Below are positions 25,510 through 37,951 of a stretch of 64,000 nt of DNA, piece after piece. Below the pieces are notes generated by a model. That model ran no database searches and was not told where the DNA came from. It saw nothing but the letters and a program-made list of their open reading frames with translations. Source of the stretch: Nageia nagi (Eukaryota > Plantae > Pinophyta). The stretch spans positions 140,368,001 through 140,432,000 of the forward strand of contig JBITNC010000001.1 in the NCBI GenBank assembly GCA_050084985.1. Direction: 5' to 3'. The position numbers and the translations under genes are program-made. Every line of letters begins with the position of its first letter. The first letter of the stretch is position 1.

Positions 25510-25945
25510 TAACCATTGATCCATTGGTAAACTTGTTTCTGAATGAACTCACCTCGTATGCCATCATCCCCATTTTCTACTTCCCTTTAACTTTACTTTG
25601 TTATTTTTCCTTTTTGTCACCATCAAAAGTCTATCCTTTCAATCGATGTAAAACAACTCCGAGGCCTACATTAAACGTGGTTAACAATTGCTATCTCTAT
25701 CCTCCCGCTGAACATTCCAAGTCTAGCTACTATCACCATCACATATGACACTTTTAAGATACTGGAAACCTTGGGGTAAACAATCCTTGCAAGCAAGGGT
25801 TAGTAACGCAACCTCAACCACATGTTGGACACCCTTTCCTGTTATCATCTAGGTGGTCTTCATAAGTGGAAGGAAACACATCCCAACAAGTCCCATTGAT
25901 CGGTTTTGGTCACAAGTGGACATTAATATATTTTCTTTCTTTCTC
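25510..25945 (+). mobile_element. 5'-truncated LINE 3' end, same tail as the 43.2-45.8 kb LINE
   Basis: GTCCCATTGAxCGxTTTTGGTCACxAGTGGACATTAATATATTTTCTTTCTTTCT shared with 45767-45820. Confidence 0.6.
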
Positions 25946-26212
25946 TATTATAAAAACATTTTCAGTTTTTGCTTCCAATTTTGTATTTGCAAAGTGTAAA
26001 ATGCCAAAAAAATGCAAAAGAGCTTTCAATGCATTCAAACATGATTCCCTACAACAACAACACATGATGCAATAATCTAGCAAAAGAACTAGATTAACTT
26101 GGGTAAGATCAAACAAGGGATCTTTGAGACTCTATACCAATACCTGAAGAGTATCAGAAGTATCTTGCATGACTGGTATCCTGCATTCTTATCGATTTGG
26201 CTGAGACTAAAC

Positions 26213-26630
26213 AACCCTTTGCACAATGCCTAATGAAATCAAGCAAAAGAAAGATGTGATTAGCATAATAGTTAAAAAAACCTTTCATGCATAAAAAACT
26301 TGGGATGATGGCGAACGAAAGCGGGACAATGCGTAGTGGAGGCGGTAGTAAGGACAAAAGGGAGGGTTTGGCCCTAGTGCACGACAAGGGAAAAAATCTA
26401 GATGGTCCGGTCTCTTGCATCACACTACACAACCCTTTGCACAATGCTTGATGAAATAAAGCAAAAGAAAGATGTGATTAATATAACAGTTAAAAAAATA
26501 TTTAATGCATAAAAAAACTTGGGATGATGGTGAACGGAAGTAGGAAAACACGCAATGGAGGGGCCAACAGGGACAACAACAAGGGTTTTCCCCTGGTGTA
26601 GGTCAAGGATGAAACTCTAGATGGTGCACC
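26213..26630 (+). repeat. ~218-bp diverged tandem duplication
   Basis: AACCCTTTGCACAATGC...AGCAAAAGAAAGATGTGATT...CTTGGGATGATGG at 26213 and 26431. Confidence 0.8.
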
Positions 26631-28662
26631 AACCTTCAGAAGTAGGATAGGACGCCATAGAAACAAAGACTTGGTGGTCCTAGTTTTGGGCGTAATGGCA
26701 CATGATGCAAATGAGGACCCAAGCATAGGGAGGAGGATTAGTAGAAAGAGGTACTACTATCCGATGCTAACTAAGAAGGAATTCCATGGTTGCACAAGGA
26801 TGTTGTTGCAAAGCAAGATAATGATGTGGATGTAGACACGGATCAAGAAGAGAATCGCAAGAAGAATGGCAGTTGAGATGGTGACGACAACATCAGAGGG
26901 AAGGCAGGCCTATTTGAAATGAACGACGAGTGGAGAATAGGTTGGTTTGATGACCCTCTAAAGATGAAAGATGTGGCTCTAAATATGAAGAATTGGAATA
27001 ACCTTGCACACAAACTGCAAGATGTGGTTGGGACTACATGTGAGGGTGAACTCGTAAGTGTGGTAGAGGGCCAAGGCCAGGTTGAAAAAATTGGCCTAAC
27101 GGGCTTATTTACCTCTACCCGTGCAATCATTCTTGGGCATAGGTAGTGATTGGAGAAAAGGGGGATAAAACCCAAAGAACAAGCTTCGATGTACATATGA
27201 AGGATAACGAGATATTTGTCCCAAAGGACCTGGTCAGTTTGGCACTATCAAAAGGATCTCATCACTTAGTTGGATAATTCGTAGGGGCTCAACTAGATCT
27301 AAACTCTATCAGGAATGGGCCTCTGTGAAGTGGCAACCAAAACACAGCATGGAAATTGTGGTGTTGTCAAGGGTTTTTTTATGATCAAGTTGAACAAACA
27401 TGAGGATTCAAAGAAGATACTCCTAGAGGAATTGTGGTTCTTTGGTCGGCAATGTCTATTTGTGAGAAGATGGGGACCGAATTTCAACCAAGAAACCTAA
27501 ACCTTCGATCATAGCTTTAGAAGATGGGAATATTGAAATTCTGGCTGGGATAGCAAATGGCTTAAGACATTTTTTTAGCTTTAGATCCACCTACTAAAGC
27601 TAAGTTGCACCTCATTTATGCAAGGACGTGCATTAATATGGATCTAGAAAGAACCTTTCTTGATTCGATAAAAATAGTTGCACGAATGGGGGTATAGACC
27701 CAAGTAGTAGAATATGAAACGCCCCCAAGTATTTGCAAAAGTTGCAATATCTAGGGACACAAGGAAAGAGTTTGCCCTAAGCTATGACAAATTCCTCAAA
27801 AGCAAAAAGCTTGGACTTGAAAACACTCTATTGAGGGATTAGAGGAGCTAAGATCAGAAGATTCAAAACCGGAAGAGGTTCTAGAGGAAGGATCTACTTA
27901 GAAGGGAAATCTTTAGAGGGGCGATGGAGTGTCTCTGAAAGCCAGTGTCCTGTCTCAAATCAATTCGATTTCTTAGAACCGAGAGAACCAGAAGAGCCAT
28001 AGGAGGAGGGAGAGAAAAAGGATGACTCTCTAGAGGCAACAAAGAATTCCTCCACACCCTTGGAGAAAACAAAATCCATCTAAAAAGGAGGAAAGAGACA
28101 TAAAAGGAGGGAGGACTCCCCATACAAGATGTCAAACCAGAAAGGAAACTTCATGTGATGTTCAAAACAAGAAAATCAATCTCTAGAATGAGAAACTCTA
28201 AAAGCAGAGGTCATGCAATATTTGAATTCCGCAACCATCATAAATATAGACAATGTCGAGAGGATCCTCTTAAACAATATGAAAAAACTTTCAAAGAAGA
28301 CTAGAGGACAACTTTTCTCGGTAGACAACTCTCCATGCTTCCACCAGGCCAGATCCCAGACGAGATAGGGTTTTATCCCTAGGGATGACAATCCTCCAAG
28401 ATGATGCCTGGACCACTCAAAGGGTTTCCAACATGTCTCAAATTTAAGGGGATTCAAAACCCCTAGGAAATACAAGAGATGTAGCCTCTGTTAATCTCTA
28501 TTTTTGCTTTGTTTTGGATGTCACGATTTGATCTGGTTGTATTCCCTTTGTTGGTGATTTCTATGATGTTCTTTTTGGTTCTTCCTCTTTCTCTGGCATT
28601 GTAAAAAGGTTTTTGGGGAATCCTTTCAGGACCCACTCCTTTCACTAATAAAACAAAAACAA
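26300..28662 (+). mobile_element. L1-type LINE remnant: ORF1 (DUF4283-like domain + zinc knuckle) and A-rich 3' tail
   Basis: KGFFMIKL...ILLEELWFFGRQCLFVRRWGPNF at 27370-27490, CKSCNI*GHKERVCPK at ~27735-27780, tail AATAAAACAAAAACAA at ~28647. Boundaries approximate. Confidence 0.65.
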
Positions 28663-29252
28663 TTCAAAGAACATTGCAAGGATCAAATTGGAGTCACTGC
28701 ATCGATATTGGATAGGATATTAGAAAGAATTCAAGCATGTGTAGAGGTTCTCCCCACAATCTCTAAAAAAAGTTAATAATGCATTCCTTTAACCATTGAA
28801 TGATTAAAAAAAAAAGTCAAGTTCCACCTCTTTGTTATCTCATTATTACATAACATCTTCAATTTCCTTCTCTTTAAGAATCCAAAACCTTCTATTTAAT
28901 AATCCAAAACCTGCAAGTCCTATGCTCTCATAAAATAAGATGATCCATTTGTTGTAACTAACACAATACGCCTGAAAATCCTGTAATTTTGGCGACCCTC
29001 AGCAACTTGTGTTCATGTAGTGTCATATTTTTATCTCAACCAACTCAAGAGGTTTCGTAAGACCTGATTACCATGTCAAGTTGTCCCAATCTTGAGCCTT
29101 ATCATTCGCCTAGCCTTAGTCATGTTGAGCCAAAATCTGAAATTCTAAAAAATAGTTAAGTTTAGAAAACCAAAAGTCGGCCTTAGGCAAATTAGGGGAA
29201 TCCAAGTCGAGTCGAAGCCAAGTTAGTTCAAACTGAACCACTCCTAGACCCA

Positions 29253-30201
29253 GCGCATGCCTCCAAAAGACAAAATCTTGTCTTTCTAGGACATGCGCCC
29301 TTGTCAAAGAGTCGTCCAAACCAAAAACAAGTCCAAAAAAGGCAAATTGGGCCACTTTGAGGCCTAGCGCATGCCTCCAAAAGACAAAATATTTGTCTTT
29401 CTAGAGCATGCGCTAGGGTCAGGGAGCAACCTGGATCGACACGACGCAGGAAAAACGCAAGTAAAAGGCATTCCAAGGCTGGTGCATGCCTCAAAAAGAC
29501 AAAATCTTATCTTTTGGGAGCATGCGCTAAAGCTAGAAGGTCACACAGGTTGAGTTCAAGGATGAGAAAGTGAAGTTCAAGAATCGAGGAGGCAAGCACA
29601 TGCCTCAAAAAGACAAAATCTTGTCTTTTGGGGACATCCACTCAAGACAAAGAGGTATTCAATTTGTTCGAGCATGAAGCCTCTAAGCCTGAATCTAACT
29701 TTAACAGGACCAAAGGGGTTGGCACATGATTTTAGAAGACAAAATCTTGACTTCTTGAAGCATGCGCCAGACCTAGGGAGACTTCAAGATGGGAAAATCA
29801 CGAAAATTTGGCTATGTCCTGAGAGGAGAAACTCGAAACTCAGTCAATCTTGGCATCTGTAACCTAGCACATGCCTCAGAAAGACAAAATCTTGTCTTTT
29901 TGGAGCATGCACTCAAACTGTGAGAGCTGGAGAGTTTGGCGCACATTTCAAAAAGACAAAATCTTGTCTTTTTGAATCATGCACTTGACTTGGGAAGTGT
30001 CCAAGTTGAGCATAATGATCAAATTTGACAAGCTTGGGCACCAAAAAGAGCAAAAATCAAACAAATTCAGATCTCAACATGAGCTTCAACGTCAAGACAG
30101 ACGAAGAAGGGAGCAAGAAACACCAACAAACAGAGAGCATGCATCTCCAAGGTGAGCGCATGCTCCAAAAAAACAAAATCTTGTCTTTTTTGGGCATGCG
30201 C
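29253..30201. repeat. Array of 8 interspaced 46-bp palindromes (copy B)
   Basis: Units start at 29253, 29367, 29482, 29596, 29722, 29867, 29939, 30156. Same consensus as in copy A. Confidence 0.92.
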
Positions 30202-30585
30202 TTGGCCTAGAAGGACTCCAAAACCCCACATCCAGTTTCTGACAATCAGACATGAAATTCCAAGTAGGCACACATCTCAAGGTTGGCCATCTAGATGGTT
30301 GGAATGGATTTTTCCTCATACATGGCCGACTAGGGTTTCTTGGAGACCAAATTCAGCTATAAATACAAGCTTGAGGATCTCATTTTCTCAAATTCAAATC
30401 GCAATCCTCTTCTACTCTTACGCCAAAATTGCAAAAGAAGACCACTTTTTGAGTTTGGAATCCGTCCCATTGCTTCTTAGGGCTTGCATAAGGAGTTTAG
30501 AGACAAGACATGCAACGTTGGGCAGCCTCATCCCTAGAAGACCCATGCATCACTCCTAGAGAATCCCATCATGAAGTTGAGCATC

Positions 30586-33500
30586 ATGACCACTTCCAAA
30601 AGCAGTTCAGCCAAGGACTTTGCAAGAGATCTCGAAAGCTTGAGGTAGGATTGCATCATTACTATCTGTGAGAGACAAGAGACCCCTTCCTCAAGGGGCC
30701 AAATTCTCTAAGGCCAAATTCTCTAAGAATGGATTTGCTACAATTGGAGACACAAATTGGTAAAATGTAGACCCCATGCAAATGAGAGAGGATACGTGGA
30801 ATGCAAATCAATGAACTCAAGCAGGATATTGTATTCTCCTCTAAGCTCTCCAATTGCACCTTCGTCCCATTCACAACCCCTTTTCCATAATTATGCATAG
30901 AAGTCAACCAGCATTGGCAAAAAGGAAAGAGGGTGCTCTGAGATATCAAAGGCAACGTCATCATGGACTTCAGCCCCAAGGCTATCAAAACAGCATTCCA
31001 ATGGAATTTGGAGAGAAACTTTGCATATAGCAAAGCAAAGTCATTTGCATGCTATCAGGATACTAACAAAGCTATCGTTGCTATAAGGAATTGGATGCTA
31101 GATGAGCACCATGTCCTAAAGGGGAATGCTCTCATCAACACCCCTCACTCCAACTTCTACCCTTCTGTTGAGTTGATAATTTTGTTGTTGTCTAGAATCC
31201 TGGGAAAAGAAGATGCATACAAGTTCAGAAAGAAATTCTTTGGCTTCATCGTGGAGATAGCTAGAGGGAAGAAGATTAAGTAGAGCAAGATGTTGAGTGA
31301 CACTATTGCAGACCAGTTGTCATCTATGGGTACCACACGTAAATTCTATCTCAACTCCTACCTAGTGTACTTGTTGCTTCATGGCAAGTATAGGTCCACA
31401 ACCAAAGGGGAAGTAGCATGGATTGACAAGGGAACATATGTTGTTTGGAAATGCTACCCCAAATGGAAAGTTGAAAGAAGATGGGATAGTTTCATTATGA
31501 AGAATGATGGATGGGAGTATGAGATCTATAAGGAGCTTAAGGGAGAAATCATAGTGACTATGATCTCAAATTCAGCCCAAGACACATTGAGGAAGCATGG
31601 GGACTTCTTCATAAGTTCATCCATCATCAACACTATTCCTACATCTGAATCTATGGATCAATCGTAGAGCCATATCAACTGCCTAGGTATGTGAGCAACA
31701 GATTGCTCCTAATGGAGATGATGAGGCAGTTGACCTACTTGCTTGAGCATGTATGGCATAAGAAATCAGCCACCTCAAACTTGTCGATCATAGTTGGAGA
31801 ATAACAATGCAGAACACGGGTGGATGTTGATTCCATGAGAGAGGAGTTGGAGAGATTCAACTTCAAAAAGATGTCCGTCACAAATAACTGTGATCCAGAG
31901 CACAAGATTCACGACTTCTACATGAAGGAGACGAAAAGAGCTTATGAACATAAGCCACTCAAAGAAGAGGAGCCTTTTAGAAATATAAACAATGAGGTGG
32001 AGATGAAGAAGATTCATCCTACGATGCACGAGAATGCTCAGAAGCAATAGCAAAATGTTGAGGCCACTATTGGCAAAAGGTTATCAAAGTCGAGAGGAAG
32101 GGGACCACAAGAATCCACATCCAAAGTCACCCAATTTCCCCCTACGATTGTGGAGCCTGTTGGCCAGTATGCCTCAATGCATGGTAAGAATCCAATGGAG
32201 CAGGTAGTACAAGAAGTTAAAAATACCATTGATGAGCATGACATGAGAGAGCTGGAATGTGTTGCCACAGATAAGATGGTGACGTATGTCACGAATTGAG
32301 ATAAGGATATGTCCCCACCACAAAGACCACCTAGAGGATCAACTTCATGTCCATCACCAATCATTCCACCATCTGGGTACTCATCCTCCGTCCCTTGTAT
32401 GAACCTGATGACAGTCAAGAAGAAGGACAAGAAGGTGAATCAAAAAATGAACAGGAAGTAAGTACAACTTAACACAATATATTCTGGATGCCCAACAGGA
32501 GGATAGGTCTTTAGAAATTTTGAAGGTAGTCCCAAAGCCTACTTCTTCAGAGCCTTCCACTTCTCAAGGGAAGGGTAAAGGTCCAGCTTCAAAATCAGTA
32601 CAAACGAGAGCATAGTTGAAAAGAACCTCTTAGTCTCGATCGTCGAAGTCATTTGAGGAGCACATAGAAGAAGAAGATAGAACTTTGAAAAGAAACAAGA
32701 GAAATGTCACCAACACTAAAGAGACAGTTGTTGAAACCCACCAGCCACCACCCACTGATGAGTAGGGCATTAAAATGGATGAATGCCTCGATGTTTTAAC
32801 ATGGACGTCAAGGAGGAGTTTGGAGTTGGAGAAGTTAATGACCAAGTTGGAGAGAGCTACACTCATTCCTGGTAAGAGTCAAACTTATGTGCATTTGGCC
32901 AACAATGCAGTTCACATTAAGACTATAATTGCTAACAAAGACAACCCACGACTTGGAGACCTCAGGCAGATAAACCAGATCATCAACACAGGTCCTATTG
33001 GTGTGGCTAGCAGAAAGCACATAATCATATCCAACACAGTGGCAATCATCAAAGATGGGATGCTAAAAGAAAAAGAGATAAAGATCCTCAAGAAGGAGTT
33101 AACTACTCAAAGGAGATTGACCAGAGAGATTATGTTTGCAAGGGTGCCCCCAGAGGAACTCTGAAAGATAAGGCCTCTCAAGGAGGGTATGATTACAGTA
33201 AAACATGAAGTGATCAACAAGGTCTTGACAATGGTGGAACAGTTCATTGGTGCTTTGCAAAGGGTTTCATTTGACGAGCAAAAATTAAAAGACATTGTGA
33301 CTGAAAGAGTTAGCATCCTCAAGATACTAGAATCACGAAAGCCAATGATAGTGAGATTTGAGATGATTCAAAACCAAAGGCCCAAAGATGTTAAATTTTG
33401 CGAAGATTATTGGTTCTACTTGGGTGTAATCAATCAGATAGCCACTCGCTTCCAAGAGGTGCCGAAGGAGGTTGAAATAATCAATGACAAGGCTAACACA

Positions 33501-33835
33501 AGCCTTGAACAGATGGATTTTCAAGTTAAGTTTATAGATGACAATACTACTATCAAAGAGACAGACTTGGTAGTGACAAAGGTTAGACATCTTCTTCAAA
33601 GCTTGCTCATGATGGAAGATGTCAACACCTATCAGACTGAAAGTCACCTCAGACACATGATGAGAGCTTATGCATGGAAGATATAGATGTAGAGACTAAT
33701 CGATGAAGTTGGACGCTATGTTGCTAAGAACAAGCCCAAGATTTCAAAAATGTTGCAGGGTTGGAGCTTGCTGCGAAATCTCTAGATGAGGATTTCGAGG
33801 AACGAGTTGCGGCCTTGGGCCCACCATCATCTTAG
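30586..33835 (+). pseudogene. Disrupted accessory ORF of element B, homolog of 1843-5064
   Basis: Starts MTTSKSSSAKDFARDLESLR*DCIITICERQ (A: MTSSKGNSTPNFTRDLERLKQDCVISICERQ), ends ...ALGPPSS* (A: ...VLGQPTA*). ATG lies 228 bp after TATAAAT at 30358. Confidence 0.85.
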
Positions 33836-35799
33836 TTCCAATTTTCAAGTTTATTTTTATTTCCAAGAAAATAACATTTATTTTGATAAAATACTTTATT
33901 ATATTATCATTTAATTTTCAAACTTATGACGGATGAGGATTTGCTCCCACAAGTTTGGAAGAAATCTTGTAATGCCATGTGGCACTTTATGATTGGACCA
34001 TTTGTATTTTCTCATATTTTGGACTTAAACTTAGGGCAACACTTAGGGTTGCCAAGAAAAACTATTTATAGCCCATTCGGGCTCATTTGTAGGGGATTAG
34101 ACATTTGCACTTGTAAGAAACTTAACTCTTATTTCCAAATAAACAAGTTGCTCCATTTGTGAATGTTCTCATTGATAGAATCATGAACATGTGTTGAATG
34201 CCTTATTGAATCATTTGGATGAATGATCTTGCTATCTTGTTTTGCTCAAGTTTGCTTGGTCCATTTCATAAACCTTGTGTTGAGGTGGATGAAAGAGTTT
34301 GTTGAATACCATTTGAAGTGATCATTAAGTGAGATATAATGTGCGATGGTTCATGATTTGCATACAAGACTTGTGTTGTTTGGGATGACTTATTTTTTGT
34401 CGCTTAATGCAAGAACTTCACTCTATTACTGAAGACTCACCCATGATCTACCTTATAGCCACCCGTGTCTATTGCTTCATGCTCTTTGCACTAGTCCATT
34501 CGTGTAGTTGGTTAGTGATAAGGATAAGGAGTGCGTGGAACTTGCATCAAGCTCTAAAGAAGTAGATCCCAATCCTTACACTAGTCAGTGAGACCATATG
34601 CACTTGTGCCCAACTCATATACCACCATCTAGTCTACCTTTTTCTTTTTTTTCCACTTTTTTTTTGCGACTTTCGCTTGATTTTTACCTTTTTTTTTTAG
34701 AAACAACCATTTTCTGGAAGCAAGGACAGTTTGAGTCCTTCAGTAACAAATTTCATTTGAGTTGGAAACAGCTTTAAACATCCTAACCAATCTCTGGAGT
34801 CACTTCTTGCACATCCCATTACAAGACCTTTGAGGTAACCAGTCCTCATAGCGGGTAGGGGTCATACCCTACCACCTAGGTGTTGGTGCCTTTCATAAGC
34901 CTTGCAAGCTAATTTGCCTATCAGCAGGGTAGGAAAGAAAAGGCCCCCAACACCATCTAAATCTAGAACTAACGTGACTGTACTCTCATTTAGCCAGATT
35001 AGGTCAACTAACTCGAAAGCACATCAAATTGCAATAACTAGGACTAAAAAGAACTCCCAAGTCCCAACAACAAAAGTAAAGCATCCAAAGGTAAATCCAG
35101 GAAGAAAAAGAACCAAAGAATAAGGGGCAAACCTACACAAGAAAATGCCAGGCACCTCAACATGTACAAATGACACAAGAATTCAAATCAAGCATGTTAC
35201 ACCTACCATCAATGGGATGCCCTTGACAAAAAGAGCTGCTCACAAGCCCAACAAGAGAAGAAAATAACAAATAAAGCTCTATTATGGACTTCACAACCAA
35301 GTTGAGAACTCAAAGACTAGCAATTTTGCAGATTAGATGAAATGACTAGCAATATGGTAGATTATCAATACAGTACACGCAGGCAGATACAGAGGGGCAC
35401 ATCTCTAAAAGTTGGCCCCCCACGCATAATTAGGTCTATAACACAGACCTACAAAAGACAGATAGACAAGACCATAAACTTAACAAATAGTTAGGAAATT
35501 AAACGAACTGTAACTAAAGGTGCACCAGTCAATCTAGACAGCAAATTTGACTATATCTTCCATGTAACAAAAAAGTTCAGAAAGTGAACAAAATTACATC
35601 ATATATGTTTTAAATTGTATATGGTTTCTACAATATTAATTTAAAATTGGCAATTGCCAAAGAATGCAAACAATTTCTTGATGCCACTACCCATGCATGT
35701 TCATGAGGATAAGGATTTGCATCAGGCCTGTCACTTAATGCATATGTAATCTTACATCCAAAAATAACCATTGAAACAAGATCTCACATAAATTCTAAT

Positions 35800-37420
35800 A
35801 GTTTAGGGCTAATAAGCCAATAGAAAACTATTTAATGCAAACTCGTAGACAACCTTCTCAAGGACAACATGCCCTTTCCCATGGATGGATGGGTAAATGC
35901 AATTCTTGTTGGTTCTTAAGTAAATAACAATGAAAAGGAAAATTTGAAATCAACTACAGAAGAGAGCAGTGAAGAAAGAATGGTGACTAATAGGGATAGG
36001 ACTTTTTTGGAAGCACCATGGATTATGGATGAGCCACATTCTTTATGAAGCCATGGACAGAACAGTTCAACCTGAGCCTTGAGTCCATCTCAAAATTATC
36101 CCTTTAGGTTCAGTTATACGGCCTTCCCTGCAATGTCCCCAATTTGGGACATCTAGACGTCTCCCCTCATACCTCTTTATTGTGATTTTTAGGACTTAAT
36201 TTAGGAGTCTTTTATTTATCAATTAAAGTATTTTAATATTCATATTTGTGCCTCATAAAGAAAGCACTCAAGTAAGAGCAATGTATATTTGTATTATACT
36301 ATTAATCATATAAAAAGGGCAACTTTAATGATATAATGCCCCACATCCAAGTCGACCATGATGAGGAGCCTTAAGGGCCATTTAATGTTATAATATTACT
36401 CCCTCCTTGGTCAGCCATCCTAGGAAGACATTTTTGACAAGTTGGAATGCTATAAAGAAAAGGCATTTGGTCATTTGAAGACATCATCTTGTGCATTTGA
36501 TCTTGGATCATTCGGAGCTTAGGGATGCTTCCTTTCTCTACCTTCTAGGGCTTAGGGCTACTCAGCCTAGAAGTGGCTTATCTACACTTATACATTCTCT
36601 TGGAGAGCTTGCGCCTATCATTCTTGCCACTTGAGAGCTTGCACCAACCATTGGGAGTCATCTTGAGACTTGCACCTAGCTTGGAAGCCTTCTTGGGGCA
36701 TGTGCCAACCTTGAGAAGTCTAGTTTGAGCATTTTTGAGTCTTAGGCTTTGCCCTAAAACTTGTTACAGCCGTATACTTATTCTTTGTTCATTATTGTTG
36801 ATATTGGCTCTCATGTGAATGAATGTTCCTATATATTTCTTGTGTCTCGAATGTAAATGAATGTTCCTATATATTTCTTGCATCTCGAATGTGAATGAAT
36901 GTTCTTATATATTTCTGCTATGCATCTATCTTCTTTGTGTATGGGAATGTATGCGAATTGAATACGTTTGGAGCTATATTTCTGTTACGTAACAGATCTG
37001 ATTTGTGCTCTAGTTTTGGTCTTGTTCATATGTTATGAACGCTTTATATCAGATTTGGTTACTGCTGTTATATTCTAGTTTTGAGCGCATATTTGGATGG
37101 TCAATGAGCATGTTCATTGATATCCTAATTTGTGAATGCATGCGGAATTGAATGCTAAATTGGATAAACCCTAGAAAGGTATATTACATTCCCCTAATAT
37201 TCTACAGCCAACAAAATTTTCAACATATCAAAATATCTCTTGGAGAATATAAAAATTTAAGTCTACCATAGACATGTTGACTATTTACACCAGAATTCAT
37301 TTATGCTGGACATCTATAAACATCTCCTAACATACTAAAATTTGATTAACAGACACGGCTCCAAACACTTGACTGTGAAAGCTGAATATGAAACTGGATA
37401 ACTGGAACACAATTGTCTTT
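35800..37420 (+). mobile_element. Degenerate LINE ORF1 fragment split by a solo LTR
   Basis: APWIMD...KPW...FNL...VQLYGLP (DUF4283-like) immediately before 36129, continuing after 37193. Confidence 0.5.
36129..37188 (+). mobile_element. Solo LTR (1,060 bp)
   Basis: TGCAATG...ATTACA ends, perfect TSD TTCCC, TATA-like GCTATAAAG at ~36449, internal short tandem expansions relative to the 10157-11066 copy. Confidence 0.92.
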
Positions 37421-37881
37421 TTTTTCCTTCACAAACCCACGGAAACCCTCACAAGGACATAATCCTATCTTTGACCACGAACTCAGTTGTTCTGGATGAC
37501 TGTATCATGTATCAATCATAGTAGAAAAAAACAATAATTACTAGGCCCTCAATAAGTTGCACCTACAAATGGGTGGTAATGAACAGTCACCAGTGAAGAA
37601 CCCTTACTTTATATCCTTAATGTGAACAGTGAACATACATGTTTAAGAATCTTATAATTATCGCATATAATTACAAAGGAAAACAGCAAATTTCACATCA
37701 TCTTGAAAACATCAAGACAAAGACTAATGATGAAAGAAGTAAATAGGTGCCTGCAAAGCAATATGTAAAAGTGATACAAATCACATCATATAATCTCCAG
37801 TTCCACAATATAAATCCCAGTATAAAATAAACTAATCCCAGAAAATGATAATTTTAATAGATTAAATAAGATAAATCATAC

Positions 37882-37951
37882 TTGACACCGTGGACTGCTT
37901 CTGAAGAGGTAGAACTTCAGAAAACGTCTCAGGAAAAAAAGCAGGCCAATT
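37882..37951 (-). CDS. RAD17: RAD17 coding exon 2 (NWPAFFPETFSEVLPLQKQSTVS)
   Basis: tttgtgcag|AAT...TCAA|gtatg, 70 bp. Phase 0 in and phase 1 out, which exactly bridges exons 1 and 3. Confidence 0.75.

Larger units (their letters stand above)
28950..34952 (+). mobile_element. ~6.0-kb protein-coding LTR-like element (probable giant solo LTR), copy B
   Basis: TGTTG...CAACA ends (perfect 5-bp inverted repeat), TSD CCATT (28945-28949) / CCATC (34953-34957). Same architecture as copy A. Confidence 0.85.

Noticed and set aside
197-34952. A and B as the two LTRs of one 35-kb retrotransposon
   Set aside because: Each has its own distinct TSD, they are far too diverged, no PBS follows A and no PPT precedes B, and RAD17 exons lie between them.
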